A stretch of DNA of 46,703 nucleotides from Escherichia phage 1H12: sequence record NC_049947.1. One strand, given 5' to 3'. Of the stretch, positions 14,149-25,607 are shown piece after piece; the first letter of the stretch is position 1; every line of letters starts with the position of its first letter. Position numbers and translations under genes: made by a program. The notes under the pieces were generated by a model. It saw only the letters and a program-made list of their open reading frames with translations, had not been told where the DNA came from and made no database searches.

Positions 14149-14892
14149 ATGACAGAGACAGAATCAGCGATTCTGGCGCACGCCCGGCGATGTGCGCCAG
14201 CGGAGTCGTGCGGCTTCGTGGTGAGAACGCCGGAGGGGGAAAGATATTTTCCCTGCGTGAATATCTCCGGTGAGCCGGAGGATTATTTCCGGATGTCGCC
14301 GGAGGACTGGCTGCAGGCAGAGATGCAGGGTGAGATTGTGGCGCTGGTCCACAGTCATCCCGGTGGTCTGCCCTGGCTGAGTGAGGCCGACCGGCGGCTG
14401 CAGGTGCAGAGTGATTTGCCGTGGTGGCTGGTCTGCCGGGGGGCGATTCACAAGTTCCGCTGTGTGCCGCATCTCACCGGGCGGCGCTTTGAGCACGGGG
14501 TGACGGACTGTTACACGCTGTTCCGGGACGCTTACCATCTGGCGGGGATTGAGATGCCGGATTTTACGCGGGAGGATGACTGGTGGCGTCACGGTCAGAA
14601 TCTCTATCTGGATAATCTGGAGGCAACGGGGCTGTATCAGGTGCCGTTGTCAGCGGCGCAGCCGGGCGATGTGCTGCTGTGCTGCTTTGGTTCATCGGTG
14701 CCGAATCATGCCGCTATTTACTGTGGTGACGGCGAGCTGCTGCACCATATTCCTGAACAACTGAGCAAACGAGAGAGGTATACCGACAAATGGCAGCGAC
14801 GCACACACTCCCTCTGGCGTCACCGGGCATGGCACGCATCTGCCTTTACGGGGATTTGCAACGATTTGGCCGCCGCATCGATCTTCGTGTGA
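14149..14892 (+). CDS. K: tail tip assembly protein K
   Basis: 247-aa ORF with HSHPGG motif and a C-terminal Cys-His region; the classic lambda K annotation starts at the internal Met (14293). Confidence 0.85.
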   Translation: MTETESAILAHARRCAPAESCGFVVRTPEGERYFPCVNISGEPEDYFRMSPEDWLQAEMQGEIVALVHSHPGGLPWLSEADRRLQVQSDLPWWLVCRGAIHKFRCVPHLTGRRFEHGVTDCYTLFRDAYHLAGIEMPDFTREDDWWRHGQNLYLDNLEATGLYQVPLSAAQPGDVLLCCFGSSVPNHAAIYCGDGELLHHIPEQLSKRERYTDKWQRRTHSLWRHRAWHASAFTGICNDLAAASIFV

Positions 14893-15461
14893 AAACGGGG
14901 GCTGAAGCTATCCGGGCGCTGGCCACACAGCTCCCGGCGTTTCGTCAGAAACTGAGCGACGGCTGGTATCAGGTACGGATTGCCGGGCGGGACGTCAGCA
15001 CGTCCGGGTTAACGGCGCAGTTACATGAGACTCTGCCTGATGGCGCTGTGATTCATATTGTTCCCAGAGTCGCCGGGGCCAAGTCAGGTGGCGTATTCCA
15101 GGTTGTCCTGGGGGCTGCCGCCATTGCCGGATCATTCTTTACCGCCGGAGCCACCCTTGCAGCATGGGGGGCAGCCATTGGGGCCGGTGGTATGACCGGC
15201 ATCCTGTTTTCTCTCGGTGCCAGTATGGTGCTCGGTGGTGTGGCGCAGATGCTGGCACCGAAAGCCAGAACTCCCCGTACACAGACAACGGATAACGGCA
15301 AACAGAACACCTATTTCTCCTCACTGGATAACATGGTTGCCCAGGGCAATGTTCTGCCGGTTCTGTACGGTGAAATGCGCGTGGGGTCACGCGTGGTTTC
15401 TCAGGAGATCAGCACGGCAGACGAAGGGGATGGTGGTCAGGTTGTGGTGATTGGTCGCTGA
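14790..15461 (+). CDS. I: tail tip assembly protein I
   Basis: 223-aa ORF overlapping K; lambda gpI. Confidence 0.9.
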   Translation: MAATHTLPLASPGMARICLYGDLQRFGRRIDLRVKTGAEAIRALATQLPAFRQKLSDGWYQVRIAGRDVSTSGLTAQLHETLPDGAVIHIVPRVAGAKSGGVFQVVLGAAAIAGSFFTAGATLAAWGAAIGAGGMTGILFSLGASMVLGGVAQMLAPKARTPRTQTTDNGKQNTYFSSLDNMVAQGNVLPVLYGEMRVGSRVVSQEISTADEGDGGQVVVIGR

Positions 15462-15521
15462 TGCAAAATGTTTTATGTGAAACCGCCTCCGGGCGGTTTT
15501 GTCGTTTATGGAGCATGACGA

Positions 15522-18500
15522 ATGGGTAAAGGCAGCAGTAAGGGGCATACCCCGCGCGAAGCGAAGGACAACCTGAAGTCCACGCAGCTGCTGAGTGTGA
15601 TCGATGCCATCAGCGAAGGGCCGGTTGAAGGTCCGGTGGATGGATTAAAAAGCGTGCTGCTGAACAGTACGCCGGTGCTGGACAGTGAGGGGAATACCAA
15701 TATCTTCGGTGTCACGGTGGTGTTCCGGGCAGGTGAGCAGGAGCAGACTCCGCCGGAGGGGTTTGAATCCTCCGGCTCCGAGACGGTGCTGGGTACGGAA
15801 GTGAAATATGACATGCCGATCACCCGCACCATCACGTCGGCAAACATCGACCGTCTGCGCTTTACTTTCGGCGTGCAGGCACTGGTGGAAACTACCTCAA
15901 AGGGGGACAGGAATCCGTCGGAAGTCCGTCTGCTGGTTCAGATACAGCGTAATGGTGGCTGGGTGACGGAAAAAGACATCACCATTAAAGGCAAAACCAC
16001 CTCGCAGTATCTGGCCTCGGTGGTGGTGGATAACCTGCCGCCGCGCCCGTTTAATATCCGGATGCGCAGGATGACGCCGGACAGCACCACAGACCAGCTG
16101 CAGAACAAAACGCTCTGGTCGTCATACACCGAAATCATCGATGTGAAACAGTGCTACCCGAACACGGCACTGGTCGGCGTGCAGGTGGACTCGGAACAGT
16201 TCGGCAGTCAGCAGGTGAGCCGTAATTATCATCTTCGCGGGCGCATTCTGCAGGTGCCGTCGAACTATAACCCGCAGACGCGGCAATACAGCGGTATCTG
16301 GGACGGAACGTTAAAACCGGCATACAGCAACAACATGGCCTGGTGTCTGTGGGATATGCTGACCCATCCGCGCTACGGCATGGGAAAACGTCTTGGTGCG
16401 GCGGATGTGGATAAATGGGCGCTGTATGTCATCGGCCAGTACTGCGACCAGTCGGTGCCGGACGGCTTTGGCGGCACGGAGCCGCGCATTACCTGTAATG
16501 CGTACCTGACCACACAGCGCAAGGCGTGGGATGTGCTCAGTGATTTCTGCTCGGCGATGCGCTGTATGCCGGTATGGAACGGGCAGACGCTGACGTTCGT
16601 GCAGGACCGACCATCAGATAAGGTGTGGACCTATAACCGCAGTAATGTGGTGATGCCGGATGATGGCGCGCCGTTCCGCTACAGCTTCAGCGCCCTGAAG
16701 GACCGCCATAATGCCGTTGAGGTGAACTGGATTGACCCGGATAACGGCTGGGAGACGGCGACAGAGCTCGTGGAGGATACGCAGGCCATTGCCCGTTACG
16801 GTCGTAATGTCACGAAGATGGATGCCTTTGGCTGTACCAGTCGGGGGCAGGCACACCGCGCCGGGCTGTGGCTGATTAAAACGGAACTGCTGGAAACGCA
16901 GACCGTGGATTTCAGCGTCGGCGCAGAAGGGCTTCGCCATGTACCGGGCGATGTTATTGAAATCTGTGATGATGACTATGCCGGTATCAGCACCGGTGGT
17001 CGTGTGCTGGCGGTGAACAGCCAGACCCGGACGCTGACGCTCGACCGTGAAATCACGCTGCCATCCTCCGGTACCACGCTGATAAGCCTGGTTGACGGAA
17101 GTGGCAATCCGGTCAGCGTGGAGGTTCAGTCCGTCACCGACGGCGTGAAGGTAAAAGTGAGCCGTGTTCCTGACGGTGTTGCTGAATACAGCGTATGGGG
17201 GCTGAAGCTGCCGACGCTGCGCCAGCGCCTGTTCCGCTGTGTGAGTATCCGGGAGAACGATGACGGTACGTATGCCATCACCGCCGTGCAGCATGTACCG
17301 GAAAAAGAAGCCATCGTGGATAACGGGGCGCACTTTGACGGCGACCAGAGCGGCACGGTGAATGGTGTCACGCCGCCAGCGGTGCAGCACCTGACCGCCG
17401 AAGTCACCACAGACAGCGGGGAATATCAGGTGCTGGCGCGATGGGACACGCCGAAGGTGGTGAAGGGCGTGAGCTTCCTGCTTCGCCTTACCGTGGCAGC
17501 GGACGACGGCAGTGAGCGGCTGGTCAGCATGGCCCGGACGACGGAAACCACATACCGCTTCAGGCAACTGGCGCTGGGGAACTACAGGCTGACAGTCCGG
17601 GCGGTAAATGCGTGGGGGCAGCAGGGCGATCCGGCATCGGTATCGTTCCGGATTGCCGCACCGGCAGCGCCGTCGCAGATTGAGCTGACACCGGGGTATT
17701 TTCAGATAACCGCCACGCCCCATCTTGCCGTTTATGATCCGACGGTACAGTTTGAGTTCTGGTTCTCGGAAAAGCGGATTGCGGATATCAGGCAGGTTGA
17801 AACCACAGCCCGCTATCTTGGCACGGCGCTGTACTGGATAGCTGCCAGTATCAATATCAAACCGGGCCATGATTATTATTTTTACATCCGCAGTGTGAAC
17901 ACCGTTGGCAAATCGGCATTTGTGGAGGCTGTTGGCCAGCCGAGTGATGATGCATCCGGCTATCTGGATTTTTTCAAAGGCGAGATAGGGAAAAGCCATC
18001 TGGCTCAGGAGCTGTGGACGCAGATTGATAACGGTCAGCTTGCGCCTGACCTGGCTGAAATCAGGACGTCCATTACGGATGTCAGCAATGAAATCACGCA
18101 GACCGTCAATAAGAAACTGGAAGACCAGAGTGCGGCAATTCAGCAGATACAGAAGGTTCAGGTTGATACAAATAATAACCTGAACAGCATGTGGGCTGTG
18201 AAGCTGCAGCAGATGCAGGACGGACGCCTTTATATCGCGGGTATTGGTGCCGGTATTGAGAACACCCCTGACGGCATGCAGAGTCAGGTGCTGCTGGCGG
18301 CGGACAGGATTGCGATGATTAATCCTGCGAATGGCAATACAAAGCCGATGTTTGTTGGGCAGGGCGATCAGATATTCATGAACGAAGTGTTCCTGAAATA
18401 TCTGACGGCTCCCACCATTACCAGCGGTGGCAATCCCCCAACGTTTTCACTGACACCTGATGGTCGACTTTCTGCGAGAAATGCGGATATCAGCGGTAAC

Positions 18501-19004
18501 GTGAATGCGAACTCCGGGACGCTCAATAATGTCACGATTAACCAGAACTGTCGGATTCTGGGAAAACTGTCAGCTAACCAGATTGAAGGTGATATTGTCA
18601 AAACGGTGGGAAAAGCCTTTCCGAGAAATGGCAGTTATGCCAGCGGTACAATAACGGTCACTGTGTACGATGACCAGGCTTTTGACCGTCAGATAGTCGT
18701 CCCCCCCGTTCTGTTTCGCGGTGGTAAGCATGAAAACTTCAACAGCAACAACCAACAGTCATACTGGTATTCAACCTGTAAGCTGCAGGTGCTGAAGAAC
18801 GGACAGGAAATCTTTCAGCAACCCGCGACGGATGTCAGCAGGGTATTTTCATCAGTCATTGATATGCCTGCCGGACACGGCCATGTCACCCTGACTTTCA
18901 ATGTTTCTTCATATGGTGCAAATAACTGGACGCCAACGACCAGTATCAGCGACCTTCTTGTTGTCGTGATGAAGAAATCAACAGCCGGCATCAGTATCAG
19001 TTGA
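15522..19004 (+). CDS. J: tail tip / host specificity protein J (central fiber)
   Basis: 1160-aa ORF; lambda gpJ-like over most of its length but with a divergent last ~150 residues (receptor-binding region). Confidence 0.95.
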   Translation: MGKGSSKGHTPREAKDNLKSTQLLSVIDAISEGPVEGPVDGLKSVLLNSTPVLDSEGNTNIFGVTVVFRAGEQEQTPPEGFESSGSETVLGTEVKYDMPITRTITSANIDRLRFTFGVQALVETTSKGDRNPSEVRLLVQIQRNGGWVTEKDITIKGKTTSQYLASVVVDNLPPRPFNIRMRRMTPDSTTDQLQNKTLWSSYTEIIDVKQCYPNTALVGVQVDSEQFGSQQVSRNYHLRGRILQVPSNYNPQTRQYSGIWDGTLKPAYSNNMAWCLWDMLTHPRYGMGKRLGAADVDKWALYVIGQYCDQSVPDGFGGTEPRITCNAYLTTQRKAWDVLSDFCSAMRCMPVWNGQTLTFVQDRPSDKVWTYNRSNVVMPDDGAPFRYSFSALKDRHNAVEVNWIDPDNGWETATELVEDTQAIARYGRNVTKMDAFGCTSRGQAHRAGLWLIKTELLETQTVDFSVGAEGLRHVPGDVIEICDDDYAGISTGGRVLAVNSQTRTLTLDREITLPSSGTTLISLVDGSGNPVSVEVQSVTDGVKVKVSRVPDGVAEYSVWGLKLPTLRQRLFRCVSIRENDDGTYAITAVQHVPEKEAIVDNGAHFDGDQSGTVNGVTPPAVQHLTAEVTTDSGEYQVLARWDTPKVVKGVSFLLRLTVAADDGSERLVSMARTTETTYRFRQLALGNYRLTVRAVNAWGQQGDPASVSFRIAAPAAPSQIELTPGYFQITATPHLAVYDPTVQFEFWFSEKRIADIRQVETTARYLGTALYWIAASINIKPGHDYYFYIRSVNTVGKSAFVEAVGQPSDDASGYLDFFKGEIGKSHLAQELWTQIDNGQLAPDLAEIRTSITDVSNEITQTVNKKLEDQSAAIQQIQKVQVDTNNNLNSMWAVKLQQMQDGRLYIAGIGAGIENTPDGMQSQVLLAADRIAMINPANGNTKPMFVGQGDQIFMNEVFLKYLTAPTITSGGNPPTFSLTPDGRLSARNADISGNVNANSGTLNNVTINQNCRILGKLSANQIEGDIVKTVGKAFPRNGSYASGTITVTVYDDQAFDRQIVVPPVLFRGGKHENFNSNNQQSYWYSTCKLQVLKNGQEIFQQPATDVSRVFSSVIDMPAGHGHVTLTFNVSSYGANNWTPTTSISDLLVVVMKKSTAGISIS

Positions 19005-19023
19005 ATTTTAAAACCCAAATTCG

Positions 19024-19049
19024 GGCACCAGAAATGGTGCCTTTTTTAT
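19024..19049 (+). terminator. putative rho-independent terminator after J
   Basis: Hairpin ggcacc-agaaat-ggtgcc followed by a T-run. Confidence 0.55.
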
Positions 19050-19062
19050 TTGTGGAGTGAAT

Positions 19063-21084
19063 ATGGCAGTACAGATTTCAGGTGTGCTGAAAGACGGTGC
19101 AGGAAAACCGATACAGAACTGCACCATTCAGCTCAAAGCAAAACGTAACAGCACCACAGTTGTGGTGAACACGGTGGCCTCAGAAAATCCGGATGAAGCC
19201 GGACGTTACAGCATGGATGTTGAGTATGGCCAGTACAGCGTCGCCCTGCTGGTTGAAGGTTTTCCGCCTTCACATGCCGGGACCATCACCGTGTATGAGG
19301 ATTCTAAGCCGGGGACATTGAATGATTTTCTGGGCGCTGCAACAGAAGATGATGTTTGTCCGGAGGCACTGTATCGTTTTGAAAAGATGGTGGAAGAGGC
19401 GGCACGCAACGCTGAAGCCGCCTCTCAGAGCGCAGCGGCAGCAAAGAAATCAGAAACAGCAGCGGCATCGTCCAGGAACGCGGCGAAAACATCAGAGACG
19501 AATGCAGGTAACAGCGCGAAAGCGGCAGCTTCTTCAAAAACAGCCGCACAAAACGCAGCAACAGCGGCAGAACGTTCAGAGACAAATGCCCGTGCGTCAG
19601 AAGAAGCCTCCGCAGACAGTGAAGAGGCTTCCCGCCGTAATGCAGAGTCAGCCGCTGAAAATGCCGGAGTCGCCACCACAAAAGCGCGGGAGGCCGCAGC
19701 AGACGCAACAAAGGCCGGGCAGAAAAAGGATGAGGCTCTGTCGGCAGCGACACGAGCTGAAAAGGCGGCAGACCGCGCAGAAGCCGCAGCGGAAGTGACT
19801 GCAGAGCCCTGTGCGAATATAGTGCCGCCGCTGCCTGATGTGTGGATACCGTTTAACGATTCACTGGATATGATTACGGGTTTTTCGCCATCTTATAAAA
19901 AGATAGTTATTGGTGACGATGAAATAACAATGCCAGGCGACAAGATTGTTAAGTTTAAACGTGCTTCAACAGCAACGTATATTAATAAGTCCGGCCAACT
20001 CAAGCTTGCTGAAGTTGACGAACCGCGATTTGAGCGCGATGGCTTATTGATTGAAGGACAGAGGACAAATTATCTGAGGAACTCAAATAAACCAGACTCA
20101 TGGACTGTTCATTCCGCACTGAATAAAACATTTGGCACTGATAAACAGGGGTTCAATTATGCCACGGTGACACCCACGGAAAGTATAGTGGGAACAACAG
20201 GTGGCTATACTGTGCATGGTGTGGTTGCAGCAGACAGATTCCCGCTGGCAAGTGGTGAATGTTTCACTTTTTCGTGCCGGGTTAAAGGCGCTAAAGCACG
20301 ATGCAGGTTAAGAGTTTCAGTTATTATTGGTGGAACAGATACCTTCTCTGCTGACTCTTATCTTGATCTGGATACCCGGATCGCAACAGTAAGCGGTAAT
20401 ACATCCCTTATAACAGCCAAAGCTGAACAACAGGGCGAGTGGACCTACTATGAGGCCACTTATACAGCTAATACGGACATTGATACCGTTAACTGTGCTT
20501 TTTATATGACAAATAAAATAAGTAATGAGCCATTCTATGATGACTCAACATTAACCATGACGACGCCGCAAATTGAACTGGGCAATACGGCATCGTCATT
20601 TATTGTAACTACAATGCCAACAACACGCGCAAGTGATGTAGTTACTATCCCATCGCAGAATAACCTGTCAACACGGCCTTTTACGGTATTGTGCGAAGTA
20701 AGCAGGAACTGGAGTACACCGCCCAATGTTGCGCCAAGGATATTTGATGTTGGAGGGCACAGTATTGATGATAATTATTTATCGCTGGGGTTTGTTGCAA
20801 CAGGAAAGATAAGCGCCAACGTAGGAATGGTTCAGCCACAAATTGCCTCAGATGGAGAAAGGTTCATTGTGGGTGTGAGAGCTAAATCTGATTTATCAGT
20901 AAATGCAATATGCAATGGTAATTATACAACAAACCTTAATGGTAAAATATTTGGAGTTACAGCAACATCGTACCGGTTTGGTGGGCAGACCGCAGCAGGA
21001 ACGCGTCATTTGTTTGGACACATCAGAAATTTCAGAGTCTGGTTTAAAGAATTAAATGACAGGCAAATCAAGGAGGCAGTATGA
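19063..21084 (+). CDS. stf: side tail fiber protein (lambda Stf-like N-terminus, unrelated C-terminal domain)
   Basis: MAVQISGVLKDGAGKPIQNCTIQLKAKRNSTTVVVNTV matches the lambda Stf N-terminus; Ala/Ser-rich low-complexity middle; C-terminal ~430 aa not lambda-like. Confidence 0.85.
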   Translation: MAVQISGVLKDGAGKPIQNCTIQLKAKRNSTTVVVNTVASENPDEAGRYSMDVEYGQYSVALLVEGFPPSHAGTITVYEDSKPGTLNDFLGAATEDDVCPEALYRFEKMVEEAARNAEAASQSAAAAKKSETAAASSRNAAKTSETNAGNSAKAAASSKTAAQNAATAAERSETNARASEEASADSEEASRRNAESAAENAGVATTKAREAAADATKAGQKKDEALSAATRAEKAADRAEAAAEVTAEPCANIVPPLPDVWIPFNDSLDMITGFSPSYKKIVIGDDEITMPGDKIVKFKRASTATYINKSGQLKLAEVDEPRFERDGLLIEGQRTNYLRNSNKPDSWTVHSALNKTFGTDKQGFNYATVTPTESIVGTTGGYTVHGVVAADRFPLASGECFTFSCRVKGAKARCRLRVSVIIGGTDTFSADSYLDLDTRIATVSGNTSLITAKAEQQGEWTYYEATYTANTDIDTVNCAFYMTNKISNEPFYDDSTLTMTTPQIELGNTASSFIVTTMPTTRASDVVTIPSQNNLSTRPFTVLCEVSRNWSTPPNVAPRIFDVGGHSIDDNYLSLGFVATGKISANVGMVQPQIASDGERFIVGVRAKSDLSVNAICNGNYTTNLNGKIFGVTATSYRFGGQTAAGTRHLFGHIRNFRVWFKELNDRQIKEAV

Positions 21085-21359
21085 AAGATTTAACTTTGAA
21101 ATTTCCTGGTAACAGAGAGTTTAAATCCTTCCTGTCATCTCTTGACTGGGAGGAGGATGAAGACCTCCAGAATAAACTGTTAGTCGATGAAATTGGTTTC
21201 ACCTACACAGAAACAGGGGTAACAGAAGAGGGAGAACCTGTCTGTGTCCGGAATGACGGTTATTTTGTCAACATTCGCATTCTTGATGACTTGTTTGATG
21301 TTTCTGTATTCTCTGATTATGTCGTGGAGCTGGAAACACCGCTTCGGGAATGGAGCTGA
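21081..21359 (+). CDS. hypothetical acidic protein, start overlaps stf stop (possible fiber assembly factor)
   Basis: 92-aa ORF whose ATG overlaps the stf TGA (ATGA); no recognisable lambda Tfa sequence. Confidence 0.5.
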   Translation: MKDLTLKFPGNREFKSFLSSLDWEEDEDLQNKLLVDEIGFTYTETGVTEEGEPVCVRNDGYFVNIRILDDLFDVSVFSDYVVELETPLREWS

Positions 21360-21371
21360 AAGGAGGAAATA

Positions 21372-21665
21372 ATGGATATAAGCCCCTTACTTCATGCACT
21401 TTGTGCTGTGGCTGCGCAGATACTGGTTGGTCTTTTTACCGGAAACTGGGCTTACGGAGCGATAGCCGGTTGTACGTTCTTCATTGCGCGTGAACATACC
21501 CAGGCAGAATATCGCTGGATTGAAATGTTCGGGCATGGCAAGCGAATGAATATGCCGTGGTGGGGCGGTTTTGATCCGCGAGCTTGGGATGTGGCAAGCC
21601 TGATGGATTTTGCTGTGCCGGTGGTGGCGTGTCTGCTGGTCTGGCTGTTGGTTAATCGTGGGTGA
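21372..21665 (+). CDS. hypothetical small membrane protein (two predicted hydrophobic helices)
   Basis: 97-aa ORF with RBS ggaggaaat 4 nt upstream; hydrophobic N- and C-terminal segments. Confidence 0.5.
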   Translation: MDISPLLHALCAVAAQILVGLFTGNWAYGAIAGCTFFIAREHTQAEYRWIEMFGHGKRMNMPWWGGFDPRAWDVASLMDFAVPVVACLLVWLLVNRG

Positions 21666-21756
21666 AAAAAGGTGAGCTGTATATGCAACGGAGGAAGAAA
21701 CCCCGTTGCTGGAAGCCAGGAAAAAGTATCGGGTGTTGCTGTCCTCGGATGTTGTG

Positions 21757-22614
21757 CTAATTGGGTGATAACAGATCCTGTGTATGGGAGTTTCCCTTTT
21801 TGCGTGCGTTGATGCTGGTAACGGCAAACGTCATGATGAACAAAACCGCGAATAAGACGACAATCGTCGGAGCTGGTGCGCTGTCGATAAAAAAGGACAA
21901 CCAGACACCAGTCATTGACACTATTACCGATATGCCAGTCGCCAGTAGGAGCGCAATATGAAAGCGTTGTGTCAGGAGTACCGCAATGGCGCCAGGCGCA
22001 ATGAGCAGAGAAATGGAGAGAATGATACCTACCGCTTTCAGCGTCGCCACAATGGTCAGAGAGACCATGCACAGCAGCCCATAATGCAGCCATCTCGTAT
22101 GCAAACCGCTTACCTGCGCCTGTTGATAATCAAAGCTGAACAGCAAAAAATCCCGCCATTTTACGCTAATAACAAGTGTAACCAGCCCGGCAATAATCAT
22201 CGTCTGGATTATATCGCCGATGGTTATCCCGAGCATGTCGCCGAAAAGAATATGGTCAAGATGTACGTCTGGTTTGACTGCAATATACAAGATCAGACCT
22301 GCGGCAAACATGCCAGAAAAAACAATCCCCATCACTGTATCTTGCTTGATTCGGCTGTTGTCTTTCAGGTATCCCGTCGCCACCGCGCAGAATACTCCGG
22401 CGACGAATGCCCCTGTAGCCAAAGGTAACCCCAGAATCCAGGCAAGCACGATGCCAGGAAAAACCGCATGACTCATCGCGTCACCCATCAGTGCCCAACC
22501 TTTCAGGACCAGAAAGACCGACAGCAGCGCACAGGGTATGGAAACTACCAGTGAAATCAGCAGTGCGTGACTCATAAAGGTGAACTGCAGTGGCTCCAGT
22601 AATAATGCCATCAT
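21757..22614 (-). CDS. sitD: manganese/iron ABC transporter permease SitD
   Basis: 285-aa polytopic membrane ORF; ABC-3 metal permease family; fourth gene of a sitABCD-like operon. Confidence 0.85.
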   Translation of the reverse strand: MMALLLEPLQFTFMSHALLISLVVSIPCALLSVFLVLKGWALMGDAMSHAVFPGIVLAWILGLPLATGAFVAGVFCAVATGYLKDNSRIKQDTVMGIVFSGMFAAGLILYIAVKPDVHLDHILFGDMLGITIGDIIQTMIIAGLVTLVISVKWRDFLLFSFDYQQAQVSGLHTRWLHYGLLCMVSLTIVATLKAVGIILSISLLIAPGAIAVLLTQRFHIALLLATGISVIVSMTGVWLSFFIDSAPAPTIVVLFAVLFIMTFAVTSINARKKGNSHTQDLLSPN

Positions 22615-23468
22615 GAGCGATCCTCCAGCGCCTTATGCGCACGCCGACGATTTGCCAAAAGCCCATGGGTGGGCGCAAAGACAAATGCTAAAAGAAACAG
22701 CAGTGTCTGCGCCACCACGATGATTCCACCTGTCGCGCCGTCCAGAAAGTAACTGACCCACGCGCCGAGGAAACTGGTTACACTGCCAATAGTTACAGCA
22801 ATCATGAGCAGGCGGGGAAAACGATCGGTTAACAACCATGCTGTTGCACCGGGAGTCACCACCAGACAGATCACCAGAAAGGCACCAACCGTTTGCAGCG
22901 CCGCAACGGTCGAAACCGACAGCAGGGTGAAGAAGAGGAGTTTTAATCTGCCCGGATGCAATCCAATAGCACGGGCGTGATTCTCGTCGAAAAAGGTCAC
23001 CATAAGATCTTTCCATTTGAAAAAAAGCACGATGATCGAGAGAATGCCAATGATAGTGAGTTGCAGGATATCCGCCGGATCGATTGCCAGAATATTGCCC
23101 AGGACGATGGTCTGAATGTTCACAGATGTCGGGTTCAATGACACCATAAACAGCCCCAGGCCAAAAAAGGACGAGAAGATCAGACCGATGATGGCATCTT
23201 CTTTTAAGCGGGTGCGTTGGTTAAGAAACAGCATGCTGCCCGCAGCCAGTCCGCCGGAAAAGAAGGCTCCCAGAGAAAACGGAAGCCCCAGCATATATGC
23301 CCCCGCAACACCCGGGACAATAGAGTGCGACAACGCATCGCCAATCAGCGACCAGCCTTTTAGCATCAGATAGCATGACAGGAAAGCGCAGAGACCGCCG
23401 ACCATCGCCGAGACCCACATCGCATTGAGCATATATTCATAGCTGAAGGGTTCCAGTAGCACGTTCAT
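22611..23468 (-). CDS. sitC: manganese/iron ABC transporter permease SitC
   Basis: 285-aa polytopic membrane ORF, stop/start overlap with neighbours. Confidence 0.85.
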   Translation of the reverse strand: MNVLLEPFSYEYMLNAMWVSAMVGGLCAFLSCYLMLKGWSLIGDALSHSIVPGVAGAYMLGLPFSLGAFFSGGLAAGSMLFLNQRTRLKEDAIIGLIFSSFFGLGLFMVSLNPTSVNIQTIVLGNILAIDPADILQLTIIGILSIIVLFFKWKDLMVTFFDENHARAIGLHPGRLKLLFFTLLSVSTVAALQTVGAFLVICLVVTPGATAWLLTDRFPRLLMIAVTIGSVTSFLGAWVSYFLDGATGGIIVVAQTLLFLLAFVFAPTHGLLANRRRAHKALEDRS

Positions 23469-24292
23469 CTTTCTTCCCTCTGCACCGCTGACGGTCGATG
23501 AGCCACAAAAGGGCGTTCATCGTCAGTAATAATGCTTTCTTCCGAGCCGTTAAGTGTGACATGGCGCAGTACGCCGCTAAAAGCCAGCTCTAGGTTCTCG
23601 GCTGTAAAAGTGGTGTCTGTCGGCCCGCTTGCCAGGACGGTGCCTTTGACCATGACCGTATAATCGCAAAATGTCGTGACGGATCCGAGATTGTGTGTTG
23701 AGACAAGCATCGTTTTGCCTTCCGCGCGTAACTCCCTCAACAGGCTGATGATTTTGGCTTCGGTTTTCACATCAACGCCAGTAAAAGGTTCATCCAGCAG
23801 GATCACATCACCCTGCTGTGCAATCGCTCTCGCCAGAAAGACGCGTTTCTTTTGTCCACCGGAAAGCTCGCCGATTTGTCGATGGCGAAAATTCACCATA
23901 TCGACACGTTCCAGCGCATCGGTGACAATTTGACGATCCCTCTTTTTGGCGATACGCAACATACCCATATGCCCATAGCGGCCCATCATCACCACATCTT
24001 CCACCAGTACAGGAAATGACCAGTCAACATCTTCTGACTGAGGGACGTAGGCAACCAGGTTTTTCTGTAACGCCTGTCGCGTGGGAATACCCAGAACAGA
24101 TATCTTTCCGCTGGTCAGACGCACAAATCCCATAATCGCTTTAAACAACGTCGATTTTCCGGAACCGTTTACCCCAACCAGAGCGGCAATAGATCCACTT
24201 GGTACTGTGAAGGATGCATCGCGCAGTGCTGTGTGCCCGTTACGCCAGGTGACAGTAACATCATTAACGACAATGCCTGCAGATTGCATCAT
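23465..24292 (-). CDS. sitB: manganese/iron ABC transporter ATP-binding protein SitB
   Basis: 275-aa ORF with Walker [10 protein letters not shown] and an ABC signature motif. Confidence 0.9.
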   Translation of the reverse strand: MMQSAGIVVNDVTVTWRNGHTALRDASFTVPSGSIAALVGVNGSGKSTLFKAIMGFVRLTSGKISVLGIPTRQALQKNLVAYVPQSEDVDWSFPVLVEDVVMMGRYGHMGMLRIAKKRDRQIVTDALERVDMVNFRHRQIGELSGGQKKRVFLARAIAQQGDVILLDEPFTGVDVKTEAKIISLLRELRAEGKTMLVSTHNLGSVTTFCDYTVMVKGTVLASGPTDTTFTAENLELAFSGVLRHVTLNGSEESIITDDERPFVAHRPSAVQREER

Positions 24293-25206
24293 TATTTCTC
24301 CCTTTTCCCAGCTTTAATTCCCTGTACCAGCGTACTGGTAGTAACCTTAAGAAGGTCGATATACGTCGGTACCGGGCCGTTTTCTGTGCTCAGGGAATCG
24401 ACATAGAGCACACCGCCGTAGTGTGCGCCGGTTTCACGCGCAACCTGACGCGCTGGTTTATCGGAAATCGTACTCTCGCTAAAGACTGCCGGGATATGAT
24501 TTTTCTTAACTATATCAACAACCTTACGTACCTGCTGCGGTGTTCCTTGTTGATCGGCATTAATCGGCCACAGATAAAGCTCTTTTAGCCCCAAATCGCG
24601 TGCGAGATAAGAAAAAGCCCCTTCACTGGTGACCATCCATCGCTGATTCTCAGGGAGTTCCGTAATCTGCTTACGCAGGGGGGCAAGGGTTTGGGTAATC
24701 TTGGCTTTATAAGTATCGGCATTGCGTTGGTAGGTTTGTGCATTTGCCGGATCGTATTTTATCAACGCATCACGAATATTATCGACGTAAATCAGAGCAT
24801 TATCTGGCGACATCCATGCATGGGGGTTAGGTTTGCCCTCATAGGGTCCTTCGGTGATCCCTACAGGCGTCACACCCGAAGAGACAATTACTTCTGGAAC
24901 CCCATTGAGATGCTGGTAAAAGCGTTGGAACCACAATTCCAGATTCATACCATTGGCGAGAATCAGTTGTGCCCCCTGCGCACGTTTAATATCGCCAGGG
25001 GTAGGCTGATACTCATGAATTTCTGCACCAGGCTTGGTTATGGATGAGACTTCTGCAGCATCTCCCGCCACGTTTTTGGCCATATCCGCGATGATGGTAA
25101 ATGTTGTAATGACCTTGAATTTTTCAGTTGCACTTGCCTGAAATGCGATCGAGCAGGTGAGTGCGAGCCCCCCCAAGAGCATGGTTACTTTTTTTATCGA
25201 GTGCAT
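24292..25206 (-). CDS. sitA: manganese/iron ABC transporter periplasmic substrate-binding protein SitA
   Basis: 304-aa ORF with an N-terminal signal peptide; TroA/PsaA-like metal-binding protein. Confidence 0.85.
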   Translation of the reverse strand: MHSIKKVTMLLGGLALTCSIAFQASATEKFKVITTFTIIADMAKNVAGDAAEVSSITKPGAEIHEYQPTPGDIKRAQGAQLILANGMNLELWFQRFYQHLNGVPEVIVSSGVTPVGITEGPYEGKPNPHAWMSPDNALIYVDNIRDALIKYDPANAQTYQRNADTYKAKITQTLAPLRKQITELPENQRWMVTSEGAFSYLARDLGLKELYLWPINADQQGTPQQVRKVVDIVKKNHIPAVFSESTISDKPARQVARETGAHYGGVLYVDSLSTENGPVPTYIDLLKVTTSTLVQGIKAGKREK

Positions 25207-25238
25207 AATTTAGTACCTATAGTGAGCAAAATTAGAAC

Positions 25239-25260
25239 AAACATAGCAACGGCTATGTTT
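25239..25260 (-). promoter_or_regulatory. putative MntR box in the sitA promoter
   Basis: Near-perfect inverted repeat AACATAGC-aacg-GCTATGTT 33-54 bp upstream of the sitA start, resembling the MntR operator as recalled. Confidence 0.6.
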
Positions 25261-25280
25261 TATAGCACAGCCTATACAAA

Positions 25281-25299
25281 ATGAAAATGATTATCATTA
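25281..25299 (-). promoter_or_regulatory. putative Fur box in the sitA promoter
   Basis: tgaaaatgattatcattag matches the Fur 19-mer consensus GATAATGATAATCATTATC at about 16 of 19 positions. Confidence 0.6.
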
Positions 25300-25607
25300 G
25301 CAGCTTTGAGGCCCAAAACAGGGATTAGGTTGTTTCCTGCTGGCGACGCGTTATTGAGGAAAAAAGTAAGGCAGCTAGTAGGCTTTGAAATAACGTTTTG
25401 CGGTTGGCTGATGCAATTTCGAGAGTGCATGTATTGAATGATTTCTAGCCGTTACTGATTTTCGTATTTTTTGTATGGGAGGATTTGCACCTCCCCCCAC
25501 CGAGCCTCCATGACTTTACTCCACTGTCTCTAGGGCTGCTGTGTGCCAGGAGCGGAAGCAGGGGGGGCCAGAGACTCCTTAAAAGTTGATAGCTCGTTTT
25601 GCAGGGA

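Noticed and set aside
16614-17999. 461-aa reverse-strand ORF inside J
   Set aside because: Lies wholly antisense within the well-supported J gene; long antisense ORFs are expected in GC-rich coding DNA, and it has no RBS or recognisable protein features.
19304-19798. Overlapping ORFs (149 aa minus, 158 aa plus) inside the stf low-complexity region
   Set aside because: Alternative frames of the Ala/Ser-rich repetitive part of the side tail fiber; Arg/Gln-rich translations typical of out-of-frame repeats.
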